From the NCBI GenBank assembly GCA_025456425.1, contig JALOKP010000026.1:3846-67845 (forward strand): 64,000 nt of DNA, in the 5' to 3' direction. Every line of letters starts with the position of its first letter. The stretch's first letter is position 1. The position numbers and the translations under genes were made by a program. Origin of the DNA: Acidobacteriota bacterium (lineage in GTDB: Bacteria > Acidobacteriota > Polarisedimenticolia > J045). This document shows, piece after piece, positions 1-9,335 of the stretch. The notes under the pieces were generated by a model, which worked only from the letters and a program-made list of their open reading frames with translations, made no database searches and was not told where the DNA came from.

Positions 1-1009
1 CGTCGGTGACGGCCAGCTCGCGCCGCGAGGAAGCGACGTAGGCCAGCGCGCCCGCCAGCGGCTTGCGCGTCTGCGCGTCGATCACGCGCCCGGTCACCGC
101 GGTGACGGCGGGGAGCGCGAGCGTCACGACCTTCGGCGGCTGCGGCTCCTCGGGCGGCGGCGCGAGCCGCGCGCTCAGCGAGCGGTCGTCCGCCGCCTCG
201 ACCGAGACGGCGAGGCCCGCCGCGGGGAGCGCCAGCGCGGCGCGCCCATCGGCGCCGGTCCAGGCCAGGGGCAGGCCGGCGTCGTCGGCGAGCACGACGG
301 CGCCCGCGACCGGCTTGCCGTCCGCGCCGCGGACCTCGACCGGCAGCGCGGCGGTCGCGGCGGGCGCCAGCACGAGCGAGGCCGGCAGCCGGCCCGAGCG
401 CACGGCCGGCGCGAGGCCGGGGGCGACGGCGCCGGCGGTGAGCAGTTCCTTCGCGCCGCGCGGGAGGCGCGCCGTCCCCTCGGGCCCGGTCAGCGCGACG
501 CGCGGCGCGGGGTACCAGAAACCGCCGCCGAAGCTGCGGGTGGAGGTGTCGCGACGGACCGCGACGAGCGCGCCGGCCAGCGGCGCGTCCCCGGCGCCGC
601 GGACCGTCACCGACAGGCCCGCGTCGGCCTCCATCTCCGCGTCCGGGAGATCGGCTTCCTCGACCAGGCCGCCGAGCCACGCGGCGAGCGGCGCGTGACC
701 GGGCGCCTCGATCCGCAGCGTGTAGAGCCCCGCGCGCGGGGCCTCCAGCCGGTACGCCCCGCGGGCGTCCGAGCGCCCCGTCGCGACCGGCTCGCCGTGC
801 GCCGCGCCCGCCTGCGCGCGCCGCGCGGCATCGACCGGCGACGGCGCGGCGAGCAGCATCACCGTCGCCTCCGGGAGCGGCGCCCCGCTCGGGCCGAGCA
901 CGCGACCGGACAACGGGATCCCGGCCGCCGCGGGCGGCGCCGCGCCGGCCAGCGCGAGGGCGATCGTGAGCAGGGGGACGGGCAGGACTCGGCGGGCCAG
1001 GGCACGCAT
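1..1009 (-). CDS. Secreted protein with repeated carboxypeptidase-regulatory-like (Cna-B-type) domains; runs off the window edge
   Basis: Not in the ORF track; translated by hand. ATG at 1009 after GAGGTG. MRALARRVLPVPLLTIALALAGAAPPAAA signal peptide, then repeated LSGRVLGPSGAPLPEATV / VRGADGKPVAGAVV / VTGRVIDAQTRKPLAGA motifs. Frame is open to position 1. Confidence 0.8.
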   Translation of the reverse strand, partial: MRALARRVLPVPLLTIALALAGAAPPAAAGIPLSGRVLGPSGAPLPEATVMLLAAPSPVDAARRAQAGAAHGEPVATGRSDARGAYRLEAPRAGLYTLRIEAPGHAPLAAWLGGLVEEADLPDAEMEADAGLSVTVRGAGDAPLAGALVAVRRDTSTRSFGGGFWYPAPRVALTGPEGTARLPRGAKELLTAGAVAPGLAPAVRSGRLPASLVLAPAATAALPVEVRGADGKPVAGAVVLADDAGLPLAWTGADGRAALALPAAGLAVSVEAADDRSLSARLAPPPEEPQPPKVVTLALPAVTAVTGRVIDAQTRKPLAGALAYVASSRRELAVTD

Positions 1010-1168
1010 CGGACACCTCGGAAGCCAACGACGGAGCGACCGCCGGGCGGCTGACACTGTAACGCCGTCGCGCGCGGCCGGTTCCCGCGCGGCGCGGACC
1101 GCGGGACGCGGGGACGCGGAGCACCGTCCGGCTGGGACGCCGAACGGGCGTGGGCTATGCTCCCCGCG

Positions 1169-2053
1169 ATGAACCCCGCGTCCCGGTGGCAGCGTATGGT
1201 CCTGGGTACGGCCTCCGGGCTGGCCGCGCTGGCGCTGGGCGCGCCGGCAGCTCCTGCGGCGCCGGCCGACCCGGCCCCGGCGTCCCGCCGGCCTGCGAAC
1301 GTCTCGACCCCCGCCGGCGTCCCGGCTCCGGCCGACCGCGGCTGGATCGGCGTCTCGCTCGGCCGCGACCCCTTGCCGGTCCGGTCGTCCGAGGAGGGGT
1401 CCGAGGCCGGGGCGGACGAGGCCGGGCCGGCTCCGCCCGCCGGCGTCGGGATCGGCGCGGTGATCCGCCAGAGCCCGGCCGACCGCGCCGGCCTGCGCGG
1501 CGGCGACCTCGTCACCGCGATCGACGGGCAGCCGGTCGAGTCGACGCAGGAGTTCATCGCCGCGATCTCCGGGCGCGGGCCCGGCGCGTGGGTCGACCTC
1601 GACCTCTGGCGGCGCGGGTCGGAGCGGCGCGTCACGGTGCGGCTCGAACGCTTCCCCGAGGACGCGGCCCGGCTGCGCGACGTCAAGCTCGGCTGGGCCG
1701 GGATCGAGGCGCTGGATGTGCCGCTGCAGCTGCGCGAGCAGTGGGGCGGTTCGGAGGAGAGCGGCGTGCTGGTCGGCGCCGTGGCGGAAGGGGGCCCGGC
1801 GGAGCGCAGCGGCGTGCGCCCCGGCGACCTGGTGCTGGCCGTCGACGGCGAGCCGGTCGTGACCGTCCCGGACCTCTTCATGCGGATCGCGCGGGTCGGC
1901 GACGGGGCCAAGGTCGAGCTGGGGCTGAGCCGCCAGGGGCTGGAGTTGACGGTCGAGATCCTGCTCGAGGTCGAGCCCCCGGAGGACCCGGACGAGGCCC
2001 CGCCGCGCCGGAACCCGGCGGAAGGTCCGACCCGGCGCCCCAACGGTCGGTAG
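1169..2053 (+). CDS. Exported protein with two PDZ domains and no protease domain
   Basis: Signal peptide; GWIGV...SPADRAGLRGGDLVTAIDG and GPAERSGVRPGDLVLAVDG PDZ motifs. Alternative start at 1157. Confidence 0.85.
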   Translation: MNPASRWQRMVLGTASGLAALALGAPAAPAAPADPAPASRRPANVSTPAGVPAPADRGWIGVSLGRDPLPVRSSEEGSEAGADEAGPAPPAGVGIGAVIRQSPADRAGLRGGDLVTAIDGQPVESTQEFIAAISGRGPGAWVDLDLWRRGSERRVTVRLERFPEDAARLRDVKLGWAGIEALDVPLQLREQWGGSEESGVLVGAVAEGGPAERSGVRPGDLVLAVDGEPVVTVPDLFMRIARVGDGAKVELGLSRQGLELTVEILLEVEPPEDPDEAPPRRNPAEGPTRRPNGR

Positions 2054-2112
2054 CCCGGCAACTCCCGCTCCTACAATCGCTTCGCCGGGTCGGTGGCCCG
2101 GCCGGAGGGGTG

Positions 2113-3363
2113 ATGCGCAAGAAGTGGGTGTGGATCCTGCTCGCCGTCGTTCTGCTCGGTGCGCTCGGGGCCGTCGCGGTCAGCCGCCGCGGTCCCCGCC
2201 CGACGCCCGTCCAACTCGCCAAGGTCGAGCGCCAGGACCTGCAGGCCAAGGTCGCCGCCAACGGCAAGATCCAGGCCCAGAAGAAGGTCGAGATCTCGGC
2301 CACGATCATGGGCCAGATCACCCAGCTCGCCGTGCGCGAGGGGGACGCCGTCAAGAAGGGCCAGTTCCTGCTCGAGATCGACCCCGCCAACCCGCGCGCC
2401 GTCGCGCGCAGCAGCGAGGCCTCGATGCAGGCCCTGCTGCGCGACGTCGAGTCGGCCCGGGCGAACCTCGAGTTGGCGAAGAGCGACTACGAGCGGGCGC
2501 GGGCGAACTTCGAGGCGAAGATCATCCCGCGCGCCGACTACGAGCGGGCCGAGACCGGCGTGACCACGAGCGAGGCGATGCTGCGCTCCGCCGAGCGGCG
2601 CGTCGAGCAGGCCCGGGCCCAGCTGGAAGGGGCGCGCGACACGCTCTCGAAGACCGTGGTCCGCGCGCCGATCGACGGGATCGTCACCGCCCGCCGGGTG
2701 GAGGAAGGCGAGGTCGCGGTGATCGGGATCCAGAACAGCCCCGGCACCGTGCTCCTGACGATCTCCGACATGTCGGTCGTCGAGACCGAGCTGGAGGTGG
2801 ACGAGGCCTCGATTCCGCAGGTGAAGCTGGGGCAGGAGGTCAAGCTGCGGATCGACGCCTACCCCAACCGTACCTTCAGCGGTGTGGTCACCGAGGTCGG
2901 TTCCAGCCCGATCCTGCAGTCGAGCGCGGTCGACCAGGCGGTCAAGTTCAAGGTCAAGGCCCAGATCAAGGACCCGCCCGAAGGGATCAAGCCGGGCCTG
3001 ACCGCCCAGGCCGACATCCTGACCGGCTTCGCCCCGCAGGTCCTCGCGGTCCCGATCCAGTCGATCGTGCTGCGCGAGAAGGAGCGACCGGCCGGGACGC
3101 AGCCGCAGGTCGGCGAGGCCCGCGAGGAGGAGGGGGTCTACATCGTCGAGGAGGGCAAGGACGAGGGGAAGGTCGCCTTCGTCCCGATCACCACCGGACT
3201 GATGGGAGAGCTGTCGATCGAGGTGAAGTCGGGCCTGAAAGGGGACGAGAAGCTCGTCTCCGGGCCGTTCAAGGTGCTGCGCACCCTGAAGCCGGGGGAC
3301 CTGGTGGTCAAGGAGAAGGAGCCGCCCAAGGACGCGGCCGCCGGCGGGGCGACCGAGGACTGA
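2113..3363 (+). CDS. Efflux periplasmic adaptor subunit (MacA/HlyD family)
   Basis: ATG after GGAGG; N-terminal TM, lipoyl-like halves VREGDAVKKGQFL and RAPIDGIV flanking a coiled coil, DEASIPQVKLGQ. Confidence 0.92.
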   Translation: MRKKWVWILLAVVLLGALGAVAVSRRGPRPTPVQLAKVERQDLQAKVAANGKIQAQKKVEISATIMGQITQLAVREGDAVKKGQFLLEIDPANPRAVARSSEASMQALLRDVESARANLELAKSDYERARANFEAKIIPRADYERAETGVTTSEAMLRSAERRVEQARAQLEGARDTLSKTVVRAPIDGIVTARRVEEGEVAVIGIQNSPGTVLLTISDMSVVETELEVDEASIPQVKLGQEVKLRIDAYPNRTFSGVVTEVGSSPILQSSAVDQAVKFKVKAQIKDPPEGIKPGLTAQADILTGFAPQVLAVPIQSIVLREKERPAGTQPQVGEAREEEGVYIVEEGKDEGKVAFVPITTGLMGELSIEVKSGLKGDEKLVSGPFKVLRTLKPGDLVVKEKEPPKDAAAGGATED

Positions 3364-3365
3364 CG

Positions 3366-4589
3366 ATGGACCTCGGCGATCTCATCCGCGAAGCCCTCGA
3401 CGCGATCCGCTCCCACGCGCTCCGCAGCTTCCTGACGCTGCTGGGGATCATCATCGGCGTGGCCACGATCGTCGGGGTGGTTTCGGTGATCGCCGGGCTC
3501 GACCAGTACGTCCAGGAGCGGATCATCATCCTCTCCCCCGACGTCTACGTCGTGACCAAGTTCGGCATCATCCGCGGCCGGGAGGAGTTCCTCGAGGCGC
3601 TCAAGCGCAAGGACATCACCAAGGACGACGTGCGCCGGCTGGAGGGCTCGCTGACCCGCGCGGCCGAGATCGCGACCCAGCTCGATGGCGCACGGGCCGC
3701 GGTGAAGTTCCGGGACCGGCGCCTGGCCGACGTCCGGGTCACGGGGGTCACGGCCAACTTCCCGCAGTTGATCAACTTCGACCTGGAGTCGGGGCGCTTC
3801 TTCGTCGAGGCCGAGGAGCGCGCGGCGGCACCGGTCGCGGTGGTCGGCTGGGACATCAAGGACGAGCTGTTCCCGCAGCTCGACCCGGTCGGGCGCAAGG
3901 TGCTGATCGGCGGGCGGGAGTACGAGGTGATCGGGCTGGTCAAGAAGCAGGGGAGGACTCTCGGCCAGAGCCAGGACAACCTGGTTGCGATCCCGCTCGA
4001 GGCGGCGCTGCAGCAGTTCGGCACGCGCCGCTCGCTCGACGTCGTGATCCGCGCCAAGGGGGGCGTCCCGGGGGTCGAGGCCTCGGTCGACGAGGTCCGC
4101 GGCGTGATGCGCGCGCTGCGGCACACGCCGTTCAAGAACGAGGACCCCTTCGGCGTCGTGACCGCCGAGGCGCTGCAGGAACTGTGGCGCAACATCTCGG
4201 GCGCGGCCTTCGTCCTGATGTTCCTGATTGCGTCGGTCTCGCTCGGCGTCGGCGGGATCGTGATCATGAACATCATGCTGGTCTCGGTGCTCGAGCGGAC
4301 GCAGGAGATCGGGGTGCGGAAGGCGGTCGGCGCCAACGAGTCCGACGTGCGGCGGCAGTTCCTGCTGGAGGCGGCGATCCTGTCGCTGGCCGGCGGGATC
4401 GTCGGGGCGGCGGTCGGTGCCGGGGCGGCGTCGCTGGTCGAGTCGCAGACCGGCTTCCCGGCCCGCGTCACCCCCGGCATCATCGGGCTCGGCCTCGGGC
4501 TCTCCGTCCTGGTGGGACTGGTCGCCGGGTACTTCCCGGCGCGCAGCGCCGCGCGGCTCGACGTCGTCGAAGCGCTCCGGGCGGAGTGA
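3366..4589 (+). CDS. MacB/FtsX-type ABC permease
   Basis: RSFLTLLGIIIGV, GGIVIMNIMLVSVLERTQEIGVRKAVGA, PARSAARLDVVEALR. Confidence 0.93.
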   Translation: MDLGDLIREALDAIRSHALRSFLTLLGIIIGVATIVGVVSVIAGLDQYVQERIIILSPDVYVVTKFGIIRGREEFLEALKRKDITKDDVRRLEGSLTRAAEIATQLDGARAAVKFRDRRLADVRVTGVTANFPQLINFDLESGRFFVEAEERAAAPVAVVGWDIKDELFPQLDPVGRKVLIGGREYEVIGLVKKQGRTLGQSQDNLVAIPLEAALQQFGTRRSLDVVIRAKGGVPGVEASVDEVRGVMRALRHTPFKNEDPFGVVTAEALQELWRNISGAAFVLMFLIASVSLGVGGIVIMNIMLVSVLERTQEIGVRKAVGANESDVRRQFLLEAAILSLAGGIVGAAVGAGAASLVESQTGFPARVTPGIIGLGLGLSVLVGLVAGYFPARSAARLDVVEALRAE

Positions 4590-5851
4590 TGGGCCGGCTG
4601 GCGCGCACCTCGCTGTTCGAGAACGCGGCCTCCGCGCTGACGGCGATGTGGGGCCAGAAGCTGCGCTCGTTCCTGACGCTGCTCGGGATCATGGCCGGCG
4701 TGGCGACCGTGATCCTGATGGTCAGCTTCGTCGCCGGCTTCAACAACGTGATCACCGAGCAGTTCACGCAGTTCGGCACGCAGCTCGTGCAGTTCCAGAA
4801 ATTCGAGCCGCGCTTCGGCCCGCAGGGTCCGTCCGAGGAGCAGCGCAACCGGCGCGACCTGACCATCGAAGACGCCGACGCGCTGAAGCGGCTGGTCCCC
4901 GCGGCCGCGGCGGTCTCTCCCGAGCGCTACAACTTCCTGCGGACCCCGCGGGTGATGGCGGGCGACCGCGAGGCCAACGCCCCGGTCGTCTTCGGCGGCG
5001 CGCCGGACTACATGCAGGCCAACGTCCACTGGGTCGACGACGGCCGCTTCTTCACCGAGGCCGATCTCAAGCACGCCGCGCAGGTCGCGGTGATCGGGAC
5101 CGACGTGGCGGAGACGCTGTTCCCGTTCAAGGACCCGATCGGCGAGACGATCCGGATCGACGGGCGGGCCTTCTCGGTGATCGGCGTTTTCGAGCGCAAG
5201 GCCTCGTTCCTGGGAGGCGGGAACAACAGCCACGTCGCGATCCCGATCACCGCCTTCGACGTGCTGTTCCCCGAGGTCAAGAACGGCGGCGGCGACACGA
5301 TCCACATCGCGACCGTACCCAGGACCCCGGAGCTGTACGACGCGCTGATCGAGCAGGGGACCGCCGTGCTGCGCGCGCGGCGCCAGCTCAAGCCGAACCA
5401 GGAGAACGACTTCGCGGTCTTCACCAGCCAGGGGCAGCTGGACAACTTCCGGCAGATCACGGGCGGGGTGGCGGCGGCGATGATCGTGATCGCGGGGATC
5501 GCGCTCCTGGTCGGCGGCGTCGGCGTGATGAACATCATGCTGGTCAACGTCACGGAGCGGACGCGCGAGATCGGCCTGCGCAAGGCGATCGGGGCGACCG
5601 ACGGCGACATCGCGACGCAGTTCCTGGCCGAGGCGGTGACCCTGACCGCCGTCGGCGGGGCGCTGGGGATCGCGATCGGGATCGGGCTGGCGCTGGTGGT
5701 GAAGGCCGCGCTCGACTTCCCGGTTTCGACCCCGCTCTGGTCGGTCGCGCTGGGGCTGGGGGTCTCGACCTCGGTCGGCCTGCTCTTCGGGATGTGGCCG
5801 GCGCTGAAGGCGGCCCGCCTCGACCCGATCGAGGCCCTGCGCTACGAGTAG
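4589..5851 (+). CDS. MacB/FtsX-type ABC permease (second paralog)
   Basis: TGATG overlap with the previous gene; GGVGVMNIMLVNVTERTREIGLRKAIGA, AARLDPIEALRYE. Confidence 0.93.
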   Translation: MGRLARTSLFENAASALTAMWGQKLRSFLTLLGIMAGVATVILMVSFVAGFNNVITEQFTQFGTQLVQFQKFEPRFGPQGPSEEQRNRRDLTIEDADALKRLVPAAAAVSPERYNFLRTPRVMAGDREANAPVVFGGAPDYMQANVHWVDDGRFFTEADLKHAAQVAVIGTDVAETLFPFKDPIGETIRIDGRAFSVIGVFERKASFLGGGNNSHVAIPITAFDVLFPEVKNGGGDTIHIATVPRTPELYDALIEQGTAVLRARRQLKPNQENDFAVFTSQGQLDNFRQITGGVAAAMIVIAGIALLVGGVGVMNIMLVNVTERTREIGLRKAIGATDGDIATQFLAEAVTLTAVGGALGIAIGIGLALVVKAALDFPVSTPLWSVALGLGVSTSVGLLFGMWPALKAARLDPIEALRYE

Positions 5852-5882
5852 CCGCGGGGCTATCATCAGGCGGGAGGCCGAC

Positions 5883-6278
5883 ATGTCGACCCGCTACGAT
5901 TTCTCCGATCCCGAGGCCTCGGGCTTCTGCCCCGAGTGCGGTCTCGGATTCCGGACCACCGAAGGGCGCTGCGCGGACTGCGACGCCCTGCTCGTCACGC
6001 GCGCCGAGGCGCTCGAGGAGTGGCGGCAGTCGCCGCCGCCCGACCCCGCCCAGCGCAGCGTCTTCCTGTGCTCGGCCCCGACGCTGGTCGAAACCCAGCT
6101 GCTGCGCGCCCAGCTCGAGAGCGCCGGGATCCCGTTCGTGGCCAGTGACTTTCCCCAGGTCTGGGGTCCCGTACTGGGGCGGGATGCGGAGGTCCGGTTC
6201 TTCGTCGAGGAGCGGGACCTGGCGCGCGCGCTCGAGGTCCTGGCGGACGTCCCGCCGAACGAGCCGCCGCAGTCCTGA
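5883..6278 (+). CDS. Zinc-ribbon plus DUF2007-like putative signal-transducing protein
   Basis: GGAGG RBS; CPECG...CADCD ribbon; ETQLLRAQLESAGIP...VRFFVEERDLARALEVL. Confidence 0.7.
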   Translation: MSTRYDFSDPEASGFCPECGLGFRTTEGRCADCDALLVTRAEALEEWRQSPPPDPAQRSVFLCSAPTLVETQLLRAQLESAGIPFVASDFPQVWGPVLGRDAEVRFFVEERDLARALEVLADVPPNEPPQS

Positions 6279-6350
6279 CCGGGCGAGGCGGGGCGGCTCC
6301 CGCGCCGCCCGGCCGGGGCCGAGCCCCGGACCACAAGGTCGCACCCGCGA

Positions 6351-8837
6351 TCAGGTGGTGAGCGGGTCCTTCGCGTCCGGGTCGATCCCGAACTCCTCGA
6401 TCGCCCGCTCGACGACGTGTCCGGCGACGCGCCCCTCGCGCGCCAGCGCGGCCAGCGTCGCCACGGCGATGCTCGCCGCGTCGACCTGGAACAGCCGCCG
6501 CAGCGCCTCGCGCGTGTCGGAGCGCCCCCAGCCGTCGGTGCCGAGCGCGATCCACTCGCGGTCCCGCGGCGCCCAGCGGGCGACCATGTCGGGGACGGCC
6601 TTGACGAAGTCGGTCGCGGCGACGATCGGTCCCTCGGTCCGCTCCAGCACCTCGGCCACGAACGGCTGGACCGCGGCCTCGCGCGGGTGCAGCCGGTTGC
6701 GCCGCTCGGCCGCGAGGGCGTCGCGCCGCAGCTCGCCGTAGCTGGTCACGCTGCAGACGTCGGCCGCCACCTGGTACTTCGCCGCCAGCAGCTCCTGCGC
6801 GGCGAGCACCTCGCGCAGGATCGGACCCGAGCCGAGCAGCGTCGCGCGGTGCTTCAGCCGCTGCGGGGCGGGTCGGAAGAGGTAGATCCCGCGCAGGATC
6901 CCCTCCTCGACGCCGGCCGGCATCGGCGGCATGACGTAGGCCTCGTTGTAGAGCGTGATGTAGTAGAAGACATCCTCGCCCTTGGCCATCATCCGCTTCA
7001 CGCCGTCCTCGACGATCACGGCGGTCTCGTAGGCGAAGGCCGGGTCGTAGGCGCGGCAGCTCGGGACGGTCGAGGCGGTGAGGAGGCTCTGCCCATCCTG
7101 GTGCTGCAGCCCCTCGCCGTTCAGCGTGGTCCGGCCGGCGGTCGCGCCCAGCAGGAAGCCGCGGCCGCGCGCGTCGCCGAAGGCCCAGATCGAGTCGGCG
7201 ATCCGCTGGAAGCCGAACATCGAGTAGAAGATGAAGAACGGCCGGCGTGTAGCGCTGGCCGAGCGGGTTGTAGATCTTGAACTCCGTGAACAGCGGGTCC
7301 ATCCCGAAGGTGCGGGCCTCGTCGGGGACGATCGGTACGACGCGCGGACCGAGCGTCTCGTCCTTCATCAGCTTCCGCAGCAGGCGGACGAAGGCCATCG
7401 TGGTCGAGGCCTCGCCCTTCTCGCCCGTGCCGCGCCGGAACTCGTCGAACAGGCCCTGCTCCGCGACGTGCAGCGGCCGATCTCCGGGCTGCCGGCGGGC
7501 GGGCGGTAGTAGGGTGCCTCGTCGAGCTGCTCGTCCGGGATCGGCAGTTCGAGCCGGTCGCGGAAGGCGCGCAGCTCGTCGAGCTTGAGCTTCTTGACCT
7601 GGTGGGTGACGTTGCGCCCCTCGACCGCGCCGCCCAGGGTCCAGCCCTTGACCGTCTGGACCAGGATCGCGGTCGGAACCCCCTCGGTCTCGGTGGCCAC
7701 CTTGTACGCGGCGTAGATCTTGCGGTAGTCGTGGCCGCCGCGGCGCAGCCGCACGATCTGGTCGTCGGACAGGTGCGCGACCAGCTTCGCCAGCCGCGGG
7801 TCGGCGTTGAAGAAGTGCTCGCGCACGTACGCGCCGGTCTCGACGGCGTAGCGCTGCCAGTCGCCGTCGAGCGTTTCATTCATCTTGTCGACCAGCACCC
7901 CGTCGTTGTCGTGGGCCAGCAGCTCGTCCCACTCGCGGCCCCACAGCACCTTGATCACGTTCCAGCCGGCGCCGCGGAAGATCGCTTCCAGCTCCTGGAT
8001 CACCTTGCCGTTGCCGCGCACCGGGCCGTCGAGCCGCTGCAGGTTGCAGTTGATCACGAAGGTCAGGTTGTCGAGCCCCTCGCGCGCGGCCAGCGTCAGC
8101 GCACCCGTCGCCTCCGGCTCGTCCATCTCGCCGTCGCCGCAGAAGGCCCAGACGCGCGACTCCGCGCCGCGCTCGGTGAATCCGCGCGCGCGCAGATAGC
8201 GGTCGAAGCGGGCCTGGTAGACCGCGTTGAGCGGGCCGAGGCCCATCGAGACGGTCGGGAACTCCCAGAAGCGCGGCATCAGCCGCGGGTGGGGGTAGGA
8301 CGACAGTCCCCTGGTGAAGGCCTCGCGCCGGAAGTGGTCGAGGTCCTGCTCGTCGAACCGCCCCTCGAGGAAGGCGCGGGCGTAGATCCCGGGCGCAGCG
8401 TGTCCCTGGAAGAAGACGTGGTCGCCGGCCCCCTCGTCGCCGGGGGCGCGGAAGAAGTGGTTGAAGCCGACCTCGTAGATCGACGCGGCCGAGGCGTAGG
8501 TCGAGATGTGGCCGCCGAGCCCGGGGAAGCGCGTGTTGGCACGGTGGACCATCGCCACCGCGTTCCAGCGGATCAGCCGCCGGATCCGGCGCTCCATCGC
8601 CTCGTCGCCGGGGAAGGGGGGCTCCTGCTCGGGGCTGATCGTGTTGATGTAGCGGGTCTGCGTCGTCGGTGGCAGGCCGAGGTGCAGCATCCGGGCGCGC
8701 TTGAGCAGCCGGTAGAGCACGAACTGGGCGCGCGACTTGCCCGCGCGGTCCACCAGCTCGTCGAGCGACTCCATCCAGTCGTCGGTCTCGTCCGGGTCGA
8801 CGTCGGGGAGCTGGTGCTTGTACTGCTCGAAGATCAT
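6351..8837 (-). pseudogene. aceE: Pyruvate dehydrogenase E1 (homodimeric AceE type), interrupted by two frameshifting internal deletions
   Basis: [27 protein letters not shown] ThDP motif, PDEARTFGM, YSMFGFQR and GEGLQHQDG lie in three frames, with junctions near 7477 and 7242. May be an assembly artefact. Confidence 0.85.
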
Positions 8838-8884
8838 GCGGACTCCGGGTGCGGCGCGGTCGGGGACGGCGGGCCGAGCCCGGC

Positions 8885-8913
8885 ATTCTCCTCCCCGCGG
8901 CGGGGGCGTTCAA
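8885..8913 (-). promoter_or_regulatory. Putative sigma70 promoter of aceE
   Basis: TTGAAC-N17-GAGAAT on the minus strand. Confidence 0.45.
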
Positions 8914-8955
8914 GCTCGCGGCTTACGAACGGGTACGCCGCCGGGCGGCGCAGGC

Positions 8956-9282
8956 TCACGCGCCGTACGCGCGCTCCTCGACCAGCACGCGACGGGTCGC
9001 GGTGAAGCGCCCCGGAAAGCGCAGGAGCCCCTCGCGCCGCAGGGCCGGGGCGTGCCGTGCGAGATAGTCGTCGAGGGCGGCGCGGCCGGTCAGCGCGTAC
9101 TGGACCGTCAGCAGCAGGCGCCCTGCGCCCGGTCCGTTCTCCTCGGCCGGGTCGCGCCGGAACACGCGCGCCCCGGTGAATCCCGGCAGCGCGAGGATCT
9201 GCCGCACGTGATCGTCGAGCCACGCGCGGAACTCGGCTTCGATCTCGCCGTCGACGGAGAGGTTGACCTCGTACACCACCAT
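8956..9282 (-). CDS. DUF4286-like small protein
   Basis: MVVYEVNLSVD...WLDDHVRQILALPGF...LTVQY...LDDYLARHAPALR...FPGRFTATRRVL. Confidence 0.8.
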   Translation of the reverse strand: MVVYEVNLSVDGEIEAEFRAWLDDHVRQILALPGFTGARVFRRDPAEENGPGAGRLLLTVQYALTGRAALDDYLARHAPALRREGLLRFPGRFTATRRVLVEERAYGA

Positions 9283-9335
9283 GAGCTTATTGTAGGCGCG
9301 GGGCCCGGCAAGGGAGTGCGCCGCGCGGAGGCCGG

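Noticed and set aside
1150..4589. Long N-terminal extensions or fusions in the ORF track (1150-3363, 2124-4589; also 22017, 22319, 24852, 26315 starts)
   Set aside because: Extensions are Arg/Gly/Pro-rich off-frame read-ins; the real starts have an RBS or stop/start overlap further downstream.
7230..7490. Programmed frameshifting to explain the aceE or TSUP breaks
   Set aside because: Conserved coding blocks are physically missing and there are no slippery sequences.
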